64,000 bases of DNA, from NCBI GenBank assembly GCA_005883075.1, contig VBAX01000048.1, positions 35,475 to 99,474 of the forward strand. The letters run 5' to 3'. The notes under the pieces were generated by a model that was not told where the DNA came from, searched no databases, and saw nothing but the letters and a program-made list of their open reading frames with translations. Shown here piece after piece: positions 39,245 through 49,244 of this stretch (within the stretch, counting starts at the first letter, position 1; every line of letters begins with the position of its first letter). Made by a program: the position numbers and the translations under genes. This DNA is from Candidatus Bathyarchaeota archaeon (GTDB taxonomy: Archaea > Thermoproteota > Bathyarchaeia > 40CM-2-53-6).

Positions 39245-39318
39245 GACCGTCCGTATTCGATCATAGAGTAAACTTTTATTTCGTCTCCAACCACGAGAAT
39301 CGCTGAAGGCAGCAAAGA

Positions 39319-39510
39319 TTGAAGGAAGCTTTTCTCACCGTTGGAATGCTCCTCCTCTTCACGGGATGCATGGGTGCAATTGCTGCCACCACGGCCATGG
39401 GCGCTGGCGCTGCGATTACTCCTTCGGCGCTTCAGCAGCTTCTGGTTGCCGAGGTTATCTCGACCATCATCGCTTTCGTAGGCGGCGCACTTGTAATGCG
39501 CAACCGCTAG
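39319..39510 (+). CDS. Small hydrophobic two-helix protein
   Basis: 63 aa; fills the gap between purB and rfcL; TTTTATT TATA-like element upstream. Confidence 0.5.
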   Translation: MKEAFLTVGMLLLFTGCMGAIAATTAMGAGAAITPSALQQLLVAEVISTIIAFVGGALVMRNR

Positions 39511-40742
39511 GCGGCCGGCTCAGAGTCCAACGAGAGAATCTCATCTAGCGGCTCCTTCGCATCAAGCCACCCTGCAATCTGGCGATACTTTTCAGGGTCG
39601 TGCTCATGGATGAACTGGATCATAGGAAGGTATAGTTTAGTTCCTCTTCGACTGGATATGTGGGACTTGGAACCAATCAGCGCTCCAACGCCTTTCCGGA
39701 GCTCTCTGGTTCCTCGGCTACGAGACATCGAACTGATTCGCTGGGGGAACTTCATAGACACCCAGCCTCCGGGGCTAGTCTCCTTTGCGACAGCGACACC
39801 AGCAGTCATGAGATCGAGAGCGTACGATAATAAGTGCCACGACTGTGTCTTCCGGATCCGCGCAAAGTAGAGATCGGCCCCTGCAAGTGCAGACATGGCT
39901 GCTTCGAGTTCGCGGGGCTTCGGAATCTGGCTCGGAGTGTTTTCCAGTATCCACTGAAAGAGCATTTCTGGGTCCACATCCGACTTGTCTAGAGCTCGTC
40001 GAGCCTGAGCCACGGTTCTGCTGTTGAAAATGATCCGTAGCACCTCGAATATGGACTCCGTCCGGTCTCGGCTAGAAAGCAACGCCGTATCCTCCAATGT
40101 TAGATTCTTCTTGGGTCCGGTTAAGATCTGGATGTCGGTTATCGCTGATCGCATGTCGCCACGGTCCCGCTCCATTATGGACCTGAGTGCTTCTTCGTCA
40201 GCATGCACGCTCTCCTTGGCTAGGATTCCCTTCATTAGAGGAATTCCTTCTCTTAGTCCGAGTCTCTTCAGCTCGATTAGGAGACAAGCGTCTCGTAGAG
40301 GTCTGATTTTCGGGTCCCATGGATCGTTGGCGGTCAGAACGATTGGAAACTGAGATTCCTTGATTACACGGAGGATCGCGATGATCGCGCCCGAGTCTGT
40401 TCTAAGGTTGATACCATCTACCTCGTCTAGAAGTATGAGTCTCCCCTTGCTGAACAGTGACGATTGTGTCGATGCTAGTCCTGCGATTCTGGAGAGAATG
40501 TCGCCGCTCCGTTTGTCCGAGGCGTTGATCTCCACGAGATCCCAACCCCTCTCCCGAGCAACGGCCTCGGCAAGCGTTGTCTTTCCCACTCCCGCTGGGC
40601 CGTAAAGAAGGACTCCAGCCTTGGACGGTTTGCCTTTCGACCAGGAATCAAGCCATTGGTGAATCTTCTCAATGGCTAGCTTGTTACCCGCGATCTCTCG
40701 AGTTGTCTGCGGCCTGTATCTAACGGTCCAGGGCTGTGACAT
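39507..40742 (-). CDS. rfcL: Replication factor C large subunit
   Basis: PWT.RYRP, GPAGVGKT, EINASD, LDEVDG, GDMRSA; ATG 40742. Confidence 0.92.
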   Translation of the reverse strand: MSQPWTVRYRPQTTREIAGNKLAIEKIHQWLDSWSKGKPSKAGVLLYGPAGVGKTTLAEAVARERGWDLVEINASDKRSGDILSRIAGLASTQSSLFSKGRLILLDEVDGINLRTDSGAIIAILRVIKESQFPIVLTANDPWDPKIRPLRDACLLIELKRLGLREGIPLMKGILAKESVHADEEALRSIMERDRGDMRSAITDIQILTGPKKNLTLEDTALLSSRDRTESIFEVLRIIFNSRTVAQARRALDKSDVDPEMLFQWILENTPSQIPKPRELEAAMSALAGADLYFARIRKTQSWHLLSYALDLMTAGVAVAKETSPGGWVSMKFPQRISSMSRSRGTRELRKGVGALIGSKSHISSRRGTKLYLPMIQFIHEHDPEKYRQIAGWLDAKEPLDEILSLDSEPAA

Positions 40743-41718
40743 GTTCTTCTCGAACACTTCTGTGAACCGACGATTGGGCGGCTAGATGGGCCAGCAAGGC
40801 GCTCAGCTGGACTTCTTCATCTCCGCCTTGTACCAACCGGAAATCCGTGTCCCCGATTGCCTCAATCAGGCCAATTCTCGTCTTCTCTGGAATCGCGAGG
40901 CGGAAGACCTCTGAGTGAATCTGGCGAACAATGTCGGAGCCGGATAATCCGTACTTTACGAGAAGGTTTCGAAGCTCGTCCCGGGCCTTGAGGAAGTCGC
41001 CTTTCAAAGCATGATTCAACATTTCATGGACATCAGTTGATCTTGCCCTTCCGACGACTTGGTAGACTGTCTCTTCGGAGATTCCCTTGGACATGGAGGA
41101 AGCCGCTTGAAGTATGTTGATCGCTTTCCGAAGGTCTCCCTCGGCTACTTCAACAATGGTCTTCAAACCCCCCTCGGTGGTCTTTAGGTCCTCATTCTTT
41201 GCAATTCGGTGAAGGGATTCTACCACCTTCTCCTCGGGTAATGGAGTGAACCGGAATAGCGCGCACCTTGACTGGATTGGCTCGATTATTCTGCTAGAGT
41301 AATTGCAGCAGAGGATGAAACGGCAAGTGCTGGTATAATTCTCCATCGTGCGGCGAAGCGCGCCCTGCGCGTCGCTAGTCATATTGTCCGCCTCATCCAA
41401 GACAAGAATCTTGAAGGGAACAGTTGTTAGCGACGCCATTCGTGCAAACTCCTTGACGGTCGTACGTACAACATCTATTCCACGTTCATCACTCGCGTTC
41501 AGTTCCTTGAACGCGTCTTGGAATCGTTCTCCGAAAAGATCATGCGCGAGGCATAGCCCAGCCGTCGTCTTGCCCGTCCCCGGCGGACCCGCGAACAAGC
41601 AGTGTGGCATCGTCCCCCTCTTCACAAAATCCTTGAGCCGTGAAACTATCTCTTCCTGATCCATAATGTCGTCAAGACTCTTCGGCCTGTACTTCTCAGT
41701 CCAGAGAGCGGCTTCCAA
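40720..41718 (-). CDS. rfcS: Replication factor C small subunit
   Basis: WTEKYRP, GPPGTGKT, ELNASDERG, DEAD, SRC motif. Confidence 0.95.
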   Translation of the reverse strand: MEAALWTEKYRPKSLDDIMDQEEIVSRLKDFVKRGTMPHCLFAGPPGTGKTTAGLCLAHDLFGERFQDAFKELNASDERGIDVVRTTVKEFARMASLTTVPFKILVLDEADNMTSDAQGALRRTMENYTSTCRFILCCNYSSRIIEPIQSRCALFRFTPLPEEKVVESLHRIAKNEDLKTTEGGLKTIVEVAEGDLRKAINILQAASSMSKGISEETVYQVVGRARSTDVHEMLNHALKGDFLKARDELRNLLVKYGLSGSDIVRQIHSEVFRLAIPEKTRIGLIEAIGDTDFRLVQGGDEEVQLSALLAHLAAQSSVHRSVREEHVTALDR

Positions 41719-41869
41719 ACAGATCTAACCAAAGATGTTGATGCTCTCAGCCATATAGAACTGTTTCATCCACCTCTCTGAGCAAATATCGTGTGATCGA
41801 TTTGCTTTTCTGTTTAGAATGGTTTTATGGAGCTCACTTTCGGCTTGGTGATTCCCGGGGGCGAGTAAA

Positions 41870-42433
41870 CTGGAGAAAGAACCATCCATCGTAGGGATTG
41901 TAGATACAGAATTCGAAAACTCGCCTTCGCGCATCACACTACTCCGCGAATTTCCGGAGACTCGGATTGGGGATAGGACCCTCGGCCCTTATCGAATGGG
42001 GCAGGAAGTTGAGCTCTCGCTCTGGACGGCCCAGCACTTGGTCCAGATGGGATATGCCCGCTTCAAGGATGAAGAACAGCTCACCCTCAACACTTTGTCG
42101 ACTACCCATTATAAAGAGACCCTGCCCGGGTCAAGGCAGATCCCGAAACTTCCAAGGACGTTCTACTTTCAACTCCGACGCCTCATCAAAGAGCTAAAGG
42201 GCCTTGAAGCGAAAGACCGCACGAAGGCGCGGGATCTAGACAAAGCTCTAGCTCTCTCAAGGGACATAGTCAACATCCGCGTAAAGAAAATCGCCTCCCT
42301 GGGAGCTTCTGGAGAACAGACGACGGAGGTTACAGCCAATCTGACGGTTGAGGAGCAAGCGCTGTACGAGAAGGTGCGCGAGAACGTGGAGTCTTGGAAG
42401 AAGGACATTCTTGGCCGTGAGAGCACCAGTTGA
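41870..42433 (+). CDS. gins23: GINS23 (Psf2/Psf3-like) subunit; inferred CTG start
   Basis: B-domain ITLLREFP..IGD..LGPY..GQEVEL.LW.A..L...G begins upstream of ATG 41996; LP..FY and LT.EE motifs; overlaps the MCM start. Confidence 0.8.
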   Translation: MEKEPSIVGIVDTEFENSPSRITLLREFPETRIGDRTLGPYRMGQEVELSLWTAQHLVQMGYARFKDEEQLTLNTLSTTHYKETLPGSRQIPKLPRTFYFQLRRLIKELKGLEAKDRTKARDLDKALALSRDIVNIRVKKIASLGASGEQTTEVTANLTVEEQALYEKVRENVESWKKDILGRESTS

Positions 42434-44490
42434 CACTCGTTAACCCTCAGACGTCCCGTCCTGAGGACGTTTTCCAAGACTTTTTCCGCTCATACCAGGC
42501 CGACCAAGTAGGGTCCAAGTACCGCAAACGCCTTGCTCAAGTGGCCGTAAACAACGGCATCTCTCTTGTAATCGACTTCGACGATCTAATCGCTTTTGAT
42601 CCAGCCTTAGCCCGGAGCGTTACGGAGCGACCGGACGACTATGTCGGTTACGCAAGCTCAGCTGCCACAGCCCAAATGCGCGTGGAGGATCCTGAATACG
42701 CAGAGCACGCCGGTCGAATATTCGCTCGGTTCCGCCGTCTCCCCGAGAAAAGGGCACTGCGAAAGATTGGGGCCGAGGACATGAAAAAACTCGCCTTGGT
42801 AGAGGGGATCGTAGTTAGGACCACACAGGTTCGGCCCATGATCCTCAAGGCTGTCTTCCGCTGCAGAAAGTGCCTCGAAATCGTCCAGGAAGAACAGAGC
42901 GGGGACCTGATGAGAGGACCAGGTCCAACATGTCCAAGTTGCAAGCAGAAGACTGCTTGGGAACTGTTGGAGGAGCAGTGCAAGTTCAAGAACACCCAAG
43001 AGGCCCGAGTCCAAGAAAGACCTGAAGACCTTCCCCCAGGACAGCTGCCCAGATATCTAGATGTCAGATTAGAAGACGATATCGTAGACTCGGCCCGTCC
43101 CGGAGACCGCGTGGCCGTCACATCGATCGTCAGAGCCGAAAAACAGTACGTGGGCGAAAAGGGCCGCCTCAGAACCTTCAACCTCTACCTCGAAGCAAAT
43201 TTTGTCGATGTAGTCGGCAAGGAGACCGAAGTTGTCGAAATCACTCGCGAAGACGAGAAAAAGATTCTAGAGGCGTCGAAAGATCCTTTCGTTCACCGCA
43301 AGCTCATCATGAGCCTCGCACCCTCTATCTACGGCTACGGGGAGATCAAAGAAGGAATTCTCTACCTCCTCTTCGGTGGCGTCTCGAAACACCTTCCTGA
43401 CGGAGTTAGTATCAGAGGAGATCTCAATACGTTGTTAATCGGGGACCCTGGTACGGCAAAGAGTCAGCTTCTCCAATACGTGTCAAGAATCGCTCCTCGA
43501 GGCCTTTACACTTCAGGCAGGGGAACTACTGCTGCCGGGCTTACTGCCGCTGTTCTTCGCGAGAAAACGGGGGGGATGGTCTTGGAAGCGGGCGCATTAG
43601 TGCTTGCGGACAAAGGGATTGCCTGTATAGATGAACTGGACAAGATGCGACCTGATGACCGCGTTGCTATTCACGAAGCTCTCGAACAACAGACCGTGAG
43701 TGTCGCAAAAGGGGGTATCGTTGCTACGTTGAACGCCAGGGCTGCTGTACTAGCAGCGGCCAATCCGGCGTTGGGAAGGTACGAACCTCACAAGAACATC
43801 AATGAAAACATCAATCTTCCCGTTACAATACTCTCCCGATTCGACCTGATCTTTCTTGTGAAGGATGTACCAGAGCCCGAGAATGACTCTCGGATGTCAG
43901 AGCACATTCTCTCCCTTCACAAGACGAAACACACCCCCGAGGAGGCCCCCTTTCCACCTGATTTTCTGCGAAAATACATCAGCTACGCGAAGAGAATAGC
44001 TCCGGTTCTAACCCCAGAGGCCGTGAAGGAGCTTCAGGATTTCTACTTGAAGATGCGCAACACCACCGGCAAAGAGGCGGCTGTTGCAATAACCCCCCGA
44101 CAACTCGAAGGGTTGGTCCGAATCTCTGAGGCCAGGGCCCGCGCGTTTCTCAGGGAAGAGGTGACCGTCGAAGATGCGAAAAGCGCGGTCAAGATCATGA
44201 GCTACGCCCTCTACGACGTCGGAGTGGACGTAAAGACTGGCAAGATCGACATCGACACGATAATGACCGGTAAACCAGCAACAGTTCGAGACTCTTTGGG
44301 ACGGGTGATGGCGATCGTCGCTGAACTCGAACGGGAAACTGGGACTGTGGAGGAAAAAATTCTCACCGCCGCGATAGTTGAGCGAGAGAAGGTAACTGAT
44401 GGCGAGGCGCGCCGGTTCGTTGGACAGTTGATTAAGGAAGGAATGATCTACTCACCAAAGGAAGGAAAACTAAAGCGGACTTCAGGCTAG
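42430..44490 (+). CDS. mcm: MCM replicative helicase
   Basis: C4 zinc finger, GDPGTAKSQ, IDELDKM, SRFD; no intein. Confidence 0.96.
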   Translation: MTLVNPQTSRPEDVFQDFFRSYQADQVGSKYRKRLAQVAVNNGISLVIDFDDLIAFDPALARSVTERPDDYVGYASSAATAQMRVEDPEYAEHAGRIFARFRRLPEKRALRKIGAEDMKKLALVEGIVVRTTQVRPMILKAVFRCRKCLEIVQEEQSGDLMRGPGPTCPSCKQKTAWELLEEQCKFKNTQEARVQERPEDLPPGQLPRYLDVRLEDDIVDSARPGDRVAVTSIVRAEKQYVGEKGRLRTFNLYLEANFVDVVGKETEVVEITREDEKKILEASKDPFVHRKLIMSLAPSIYGYGEIKEGILYLLFGGVSKHLPDGVSIRGDLNTLLIGDPGTAKSQLLQYVSRIAPRGLYTSGRGTTAAGLTAAVLREKTGGMVLEAGALVLADKGIACIDELDKMRPDDRVAIHEALEQQTVSVAKGGIVATLNARAAVLAAANPALGRYEPHKNINENINLPVTILSRFDLIFLVKDVPEPENDSRMSEHILSLHKTKHTPEEAPFPPDFLRKYISYAKRIAPVLTPEAVKELQDFYLKMRNTTGKEAAVAITPRQLEGLVRISEARARAFLREEVTVEDAKSAVKIMSYALYDVGVDVKTGKIDIDTIMTGKPATVRDSLGRVMAIVAELERETGTVEEKILTAAIVEREKVTDGEARRFVGQLIKEGMIYSPKEGKLKRTSG

Positions 44491-44518
44491 AACCCATTCT
44501 TCGGAGCTATAATAACAG

Positions 44519-46771
44519 GTGAAGATTAGAGATCTTCCCATCGACAAGCAAGTAATCGACCTACTTGCAAAAGAAGGCCTCGACGAACTCTACCCGCCGC
44601 AGCAACACGCCATCGAAGCAGGCGTGCTGAGTGGGAAAAACCTGGTTCTAGCCAGCCCTACGGCGAGCGGTAAGACCCTAGTCGCGGAGCTATGCATTCT
44701 GCAACACATTCTCGAGCATCGCGGCAAGACAATCTACTTGGCCCCCCTACGTGCCTTGGCTAGCGAGAAATTCAAGGAATTTCAACGTTACTCTGCAATC
44801 AAGAAACCCAACGGAGACTACGTCAGGGCGGGAATATCCACGGGCGACTATGACAGCTCGGACCCTTGGCTTGGAAGATACGACATCATCCTCTGCACCA
44901 ACGAGAAAGCAGACTCTCTCTTGAGGCACAAGGCTCCCTGGATGAGCGAGCTTACTCTGGTCGTTGCAGACGAGGTTCATCTCCTAACCGAACAGAACAG
45001 GGGTCCAACCCTCGAAGTGGTCCTCACTCGATTAACCGAGATCAATCCTAACATCCAGGTCCTGGCTCTCAGTGCAACAGTTAGGAATGCGGAAGAGGTA
45101 GGGTCTTGGTTGAAAGCAGGCTCTGTCACAACCGACTGGCGCCCCGTCCCGCTGAAAGAGGGAATCTACCATGATAATCAAGTGCAGTTCCGCGACGGGG
45201 CAAGCCGAGAGATCGTGAGCGGAACTAAGACGCCTAGCCTCGACATCGCGCTCGATGTACTCAGCACCGGCGGACAAGCGCTGATCTTCACTGAGACACG
45301 ACGATCAGCGGTCGAGATGGGCCGCAAAGCCTCGGTGGCAGTGAAAAGTCGACTGTCAAAACCTGAAGAGAGAGCACTGAGCACTATTGCGGAGCGAATT
45401 CTGTCTGCTGGCGAGAAGACTCGGCTGAGCGAGGCTCTTGCTATGCAAGTCGCGGCAGGCACTGGTTTTCATCACGCGGGTTTAGCCGGAATTCATCGGG
45501 GAATTGTTGAGGACGCTTTTCGAGAAGGGAGGATCAAGGTCTTGGCAGCCACCCCAACACTCGCAGCTGGTGTTAACCTACCAGCCAGGGCTGTGGTCAT
45601 CAGTAGCTACGAACGCTACGAAGCAGGGTACGGTAGATATCCGATAAGCGTATTGGAGTACAAACAGTTCTGCGGACGAGCCGGAAGGCCAAAGTACGAC
45701 AATTTCGGCGAAGCGCTGCTGATCGCCCGCAACCCGGACGAATCGGAATGGTTGATGGAGAATTATGTTCTCGCCCAACCGGAGAAGCTCTGGTCTAAGC
45801 TGGCGGCAGAACGAGTTCTGCGCCCCCATGTGTTATCCACGATCGCTGCTGGCTACGCTCATTCAGAGGATGGATTGTACGGCTTTTTCGCAAGAACATT
45901 CTACGCGCATCAGTACGGGCCGCGGCTGATTAAAACCAAGATTGGCGATATTCTCCGGTTTCTCTTCAAAGAGGAGATGGTGCTAATGGAGGGGAAGGAC
46001 CTGTCGGCTACAAAGTTCGGCAAGCGAGTCTCCGAACTGTACATCGACCCAATGTCTGCAGTAATACTGCGGGCCGGTTTGTACAACCGCGCAAAGAAGA
46101 TGACTGACCTCAGCATCCTGCACCTAATCTCCAAGACTCCTGACTTAGCCCCACGGCCCCGTCCCCGAGGAGGCGAAGTCGACAAACTCGGCTTACTAGC
46201 AGAACAAAGAAGCGACGAATTCACTTATCCCATTCCAACTCAGTTCGAGGATCCTGTCGCCTACGAGGAATTCCTCGGCGAACTAAAAGCCGCCCAAGTT
46301 CTATCTGACTGGATTGATGAACGGACCGAGGATCAAATCCTCGAAACGAGGAAAGTTGAGCCAGGCGACCTTCTCAGACTTGTGCAAGGGTCCGAATGGC
46401 TGATCCTTGCTACTCAAGAACTAGGACGCTTATTCGGACATAAAGATCTGCTGGCCCCTCTAGAAATGCTCAAAGTGAGACTTGCAAAGGGCGTTCGGCC
46501 AGAGCTGGTCAAATTGACCACGCTGGAGGGCGTCGGACGTGTCAGAGCCCGCATGTTGTACGACGCCGGATTGAAATCAATTGACGATATCAAAGAGAGG
46601 AGCCTCGAACAATTGATGAGCATTCGAACCATCGGTCCATCACTTGCAAAGAGGATCAAGGAACAAGCTGGTGGACTAATCAAAGCAGATGAGTGGGAAA
46701 AGGCGAAGAAAGCAAGACCGTCAGATGTAGAACAGCAAGTGGTTCTCACCGAGTACGAAGACTCCGAGTAA
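44519..46771 (+). CDS. hel308: Hel308/Hjm SF2 DNA helicase
   Basis: PTASGKT, DEVH, SAT, GRAGRP, RVRAR, HhH; PIP-like QVVLTEY tail. Confidence 0.93.
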   Translation: MKIRDLPIDKQVIDLLAKEGLDELYPPQQHAIEAGVLSGKNLVLASPTASGKTLVAELCILQHILEHRGKTIYLAPLRALASEKFKEFQRYSAIKKPNGDYVRAGISTGDYDSSDPWLGRYDIILCTNEKADSLLRHKAPWMSELTLVVADEVHLLTEQNRGPTLEVVLTRLTEINPNIQVLALSATVRNAEEVGSWLKAGSVTTDWRPVPLKEGIYHDNQVQFRDGASREIVSGTKTPSLDIALDVLSTGGQALIFTETRRSAVEMGRKASVAVKSRLSKPEERALSTIAERILSAGEKTRLSEALAMQVAAGTGFHHAGLAGIHRGIVEDAFREGRIKVLAATPTLAAGVNLPARAVVISSYERYEAGYGRYPISVLEYKQFCGRAGRPKYDNFGEALLIARNPDESEWLMENYVLAQPEKLWSKLAAERVLRPHVLSTIAAGYAHSEDGLYGFFARTFYAHQYGPRLIKTKIGDILRFLFKEEMVLMEGKDLSATKFGKRVSELYIDPMSAVILRAGLYNRAKKMTDLSILHLISKTPDLAPRPRPRGGEVDKLGLLAEQRSDEFTYPIPTQFEDPVAYEEFLGELKAAQVLSDWIDERTEDQILETRKVEPGDLLRLVQGSEWLILATQELGRLFGHKDLLAPLEMLKVRLAKGVRPELVKLTTLEGVGRVRARMLYDAGLKSIDDIKERSLEQLMSIRTIGPSLAKRIKEQAGGLIKADEWEKAKKARPSDVEQQVVLTEYEDSE

Positions 46772-46849
46772 AGAGTCGGAGCTTTGGCATTTCTAGGCTT
46801 ATAATGCGGGGCTTTGCTACGGTCTCCAAAGCCTAAGGAAACCTCGCAG

Positions 46850-47935
46850 ATGGCAAAGATCAAAGCAGCACTTGCAGGCGTTGGGAATTGTGCCAGTGCA
46901 CTGATACAAGGGATCCAATACTACCGGAAGAACCCGCCTAAGGAAGACAACCTCACCACGGGTTTGATGCATCCCATGTTTGGGGACTACAAAGTGGAAG
47001 ACATTACATTCGTTGCCGCTTTTGAAGTCAACCGGAAGAAGATCGGAAGCGATCTCAGCAAGGCAATATTCACAGAACCAAACTGCGCTCCGAAAATTAG
47101 TGACGTACCTGACATGGGTGTTACCGTCAAAGCCGGCCCCACCCTTGATGGGGTCGCCCCTCACATGAGGGAGCCGTTCCATGTCTACAACAAGAACAGG
47201 ACAAAGCCTGTGGACGTGGCAGCTGTATTGAAGGACTCCGGAGCAGAGATTCTCGTCAACTACCTACCGGTTGGAAGCGAAAAAGGCGCAAGATTCTATG
47301 CGCAACAAGCTTTGGACGCAGGCTGTGGCTTCGTAAACTGCATCCCAGAATTCATCGCGTCAAACGATGGATGGGCGAAAAAATTCGAAGACAGAAAACT
47401 ACCTATCGCCGGGGACGATATCAAAAGCCAGGTCGGAGCGACAATTGTTCACAGGGCGCTCGTGGACCTATTCCTAAAGCGCGGCGTGAGAGTCGATGAG
47501 AGTTATCAGCTCAACCTTGGTGGCGATACTGACTTTCTCAACATGACGGTGGAAGAGAGGCTCCATTCAAAACGTATCAGCAAGACGACGGCGGTTGCAA
47601 GTCTCATCCCCTATGACGTTCCGACGCGAATCGGCCCATCGGATTACGTTCCCCATCTCAAGAACAAGAAAATCTGCTACATCTACCTGAAAGGAAGAAA
47701 GTGGGGAAATATTCCACTTCAAATCGATCTCAAACTCTCCGTGGAGGACTCGCCCAACAGCGCCGGAGTCGTTGCAGACGTAATTCGGGCGGTCAAAATC
47801 GGTTTGGACCGTGGAGTCGGAGGCGCACTCACCAGCATCTCTTCCTATTGCTTCAAGTATCCGCCAGTGAAGATTCCCGACGGTCAGGCATCTCAGTGGG
47901 TCGAAGAGTACATCCAGGGAAAAAGAGAGCACTAG
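46850..47935 (+). CDS. ino1: myo-Inositol-1-phosphate synthase
   Basis: GVGNCAS, NYLPVGS, GDDIKSQVGAT, DSPNSAG; ATG 46850. Confidence 0.93.
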   Translation: MAKIKAALAGVGNCASALIQGIQYYRKNPPKEDNLTTGLMHPMFGDYKVEDITFVAAFEVNRKKIGSDLSKAIFTEPNCAPKISDVPDMGVTVKAGPTLDGVAPHMREPFHVYNKNRTKPVDVAAVLKDSGAEILVNYLPVGSEKGARFYAQQALDAGCGFVNCIPEFIASNDGWAKKFEDRKLPIAGDDIKSQVGATIVHRALVDLFLKRGVRVDESYQLNLGGDTDFLNMTVEERLHSKRISKTTAVASLIPYDVPTRIGPSDYVPHLKNKKICYIYLKGRKWGNIPLQIDLKLSVEDSPNSAGVVADVIRAVKIGLDRGVGGALTSISSYCFKYPPVKIPDGQASQWVEEYIQGKREH

Positions 47936-49068
47936 GCGGAGACTTTTCGCGTTTTCCGTACTGCGGGAGCTTCCAGAGCCGCTCCCCAGTTATGATTCAA
48001 TCGACCTCTTCCTTTCCATTCTTCATAATGCTCCATTACGCCCGTGAACAGTAATGGGAGACCGATTGTGGCGTCAACATGTACAGTGCACTGTTCAGCC
48101 TTAGGGTCAAGCTTCCCCCACGACTGGCTTTCGGGGAGCTCGCAACCGGATAGACCCCCGAACTTTGGATCATCTGTAGTTACTTGGATCGCAAAGCTGT
48201 GCGGTGGGACAGGCATACCAGCAATCTCCGCCATCGGGATGACTTGCTGGATGTAATTCTTGGGAGTCCCGCCCCCGATGAAAATTACTCCTGATTTTTG
48301 CCAACGCCGCTTTAGACTCATAATCTCAAGATTGTCCAACATGGGGTCATAGACCATTGGGGGCCGACCCTGGTCGAGCTGCTCATTCCTATAGACTGTT
48401 AATGCCATCCCAACCGAACTATCGGCCAGTGCCGGGCAGAAGATGGGAAGGTGCTCTCTTGAGGCGGTGGCGATGATGCCGTACTCGTCGTTTATTCGTT
48501 GTCCCATCAATTGAAAGAACTCTCTGCTGGAGTATCCTCGTGGCTCAAGGCTTTCCGAGAACTTTTCCACAAACTCGTCAGCCTTAGTGAACATGACATC
48601 ATCCGCGTAGGTGTCGTAGACCCTATCTATTCTCATACTCCTGAGAGTCGGGTCGTCAATATGATGATGGGCCATATAGTGGCGGCCTCCAAGAGATTCG
48701 TAGAGATCGTGACTCAGATTCGCACCGGTCGATACGAGAACGTCGATCGCATGGAAGGCGATGAGGTCCCGGAGGAGTCGCCTCATTCCCCCAGCAATCA
48801 TCGCGCCAGACAAGCCGAAGAATATGATAGGACGATCGGGGTCGCTTAGCATGTGAAGCCAGATCTTGTAACATTTGCCAAGCATTCTGCTTTGGAATGA
48901 TGTGGCGTTGAACGCTTCGAGAGCTTCGCTAACGGTGTGAACCTTCGCAACGTCAAAATGCTGAACAGGATGTTTGAATGCGTCGCCCCGTGGCGAGAAT
49001 TGAATACGAGAAGATGCGGCTGACGCAGATATTTTCTCGTGAGAATTAGAATTCTTGTTGGACTTCAT
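47932..49068 (-). CDS. Second deoxyhypusine-synthase-like protein (possible homospermidine synthase)
   Basis: STGAN..HD, DRVYD, DSSVG, GGGTPKN, GGLSG...ESQSWGK. Confidence 0.8.
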   Translation of the reverse strand: MKSNKNSNSHEKISASAASSRIQFSPRGDAFKHPVQHFDVAKVHTVSEALEAFNATSFQSRMLGKCYKIWLHMLSDPDRPIIFFGLSGAMIAGGMRRLLRDLIAFHAIDVLVSTGANLSHDLYESLGGRHYMAHHHIDDPTLRSMRIDRVYDTYADDVMFTKADEFVEKFSESLEPRGYSSREFFQLMGQRINDEYGIIATASREHLPIFCPALADSSVGMALTVYRNEQLDQGRPPMVYDPMLDNLEIMSLKRRWQKSGVIFIGGGTPKNYIQQVIPMAEIAGMPVPPHSFAIQVTTDDPKFGGLSGCELPESQSWGKLDPKAEQCTVHVDATIGLPLLFTGVMEHYEEWKGRGRLNHNWGAALEAPAVRKTRKVSA

Positions 49069-49244
49069 TTTATCCTTCTAACTTAACCACTCTACGGGCT
49101 TTCTGTTTCTATTAAAATGTTCCACAACTCGCAATGCGGGTCACGGGGACGATTGAAAATTTTCCAAGTAATTCTTTTCAGCAGATCGTTTCCGGATCTC
49201 GGTTTTTGAGCGTGGATTGTTAGGAAATCCGGGACCATTAATGT

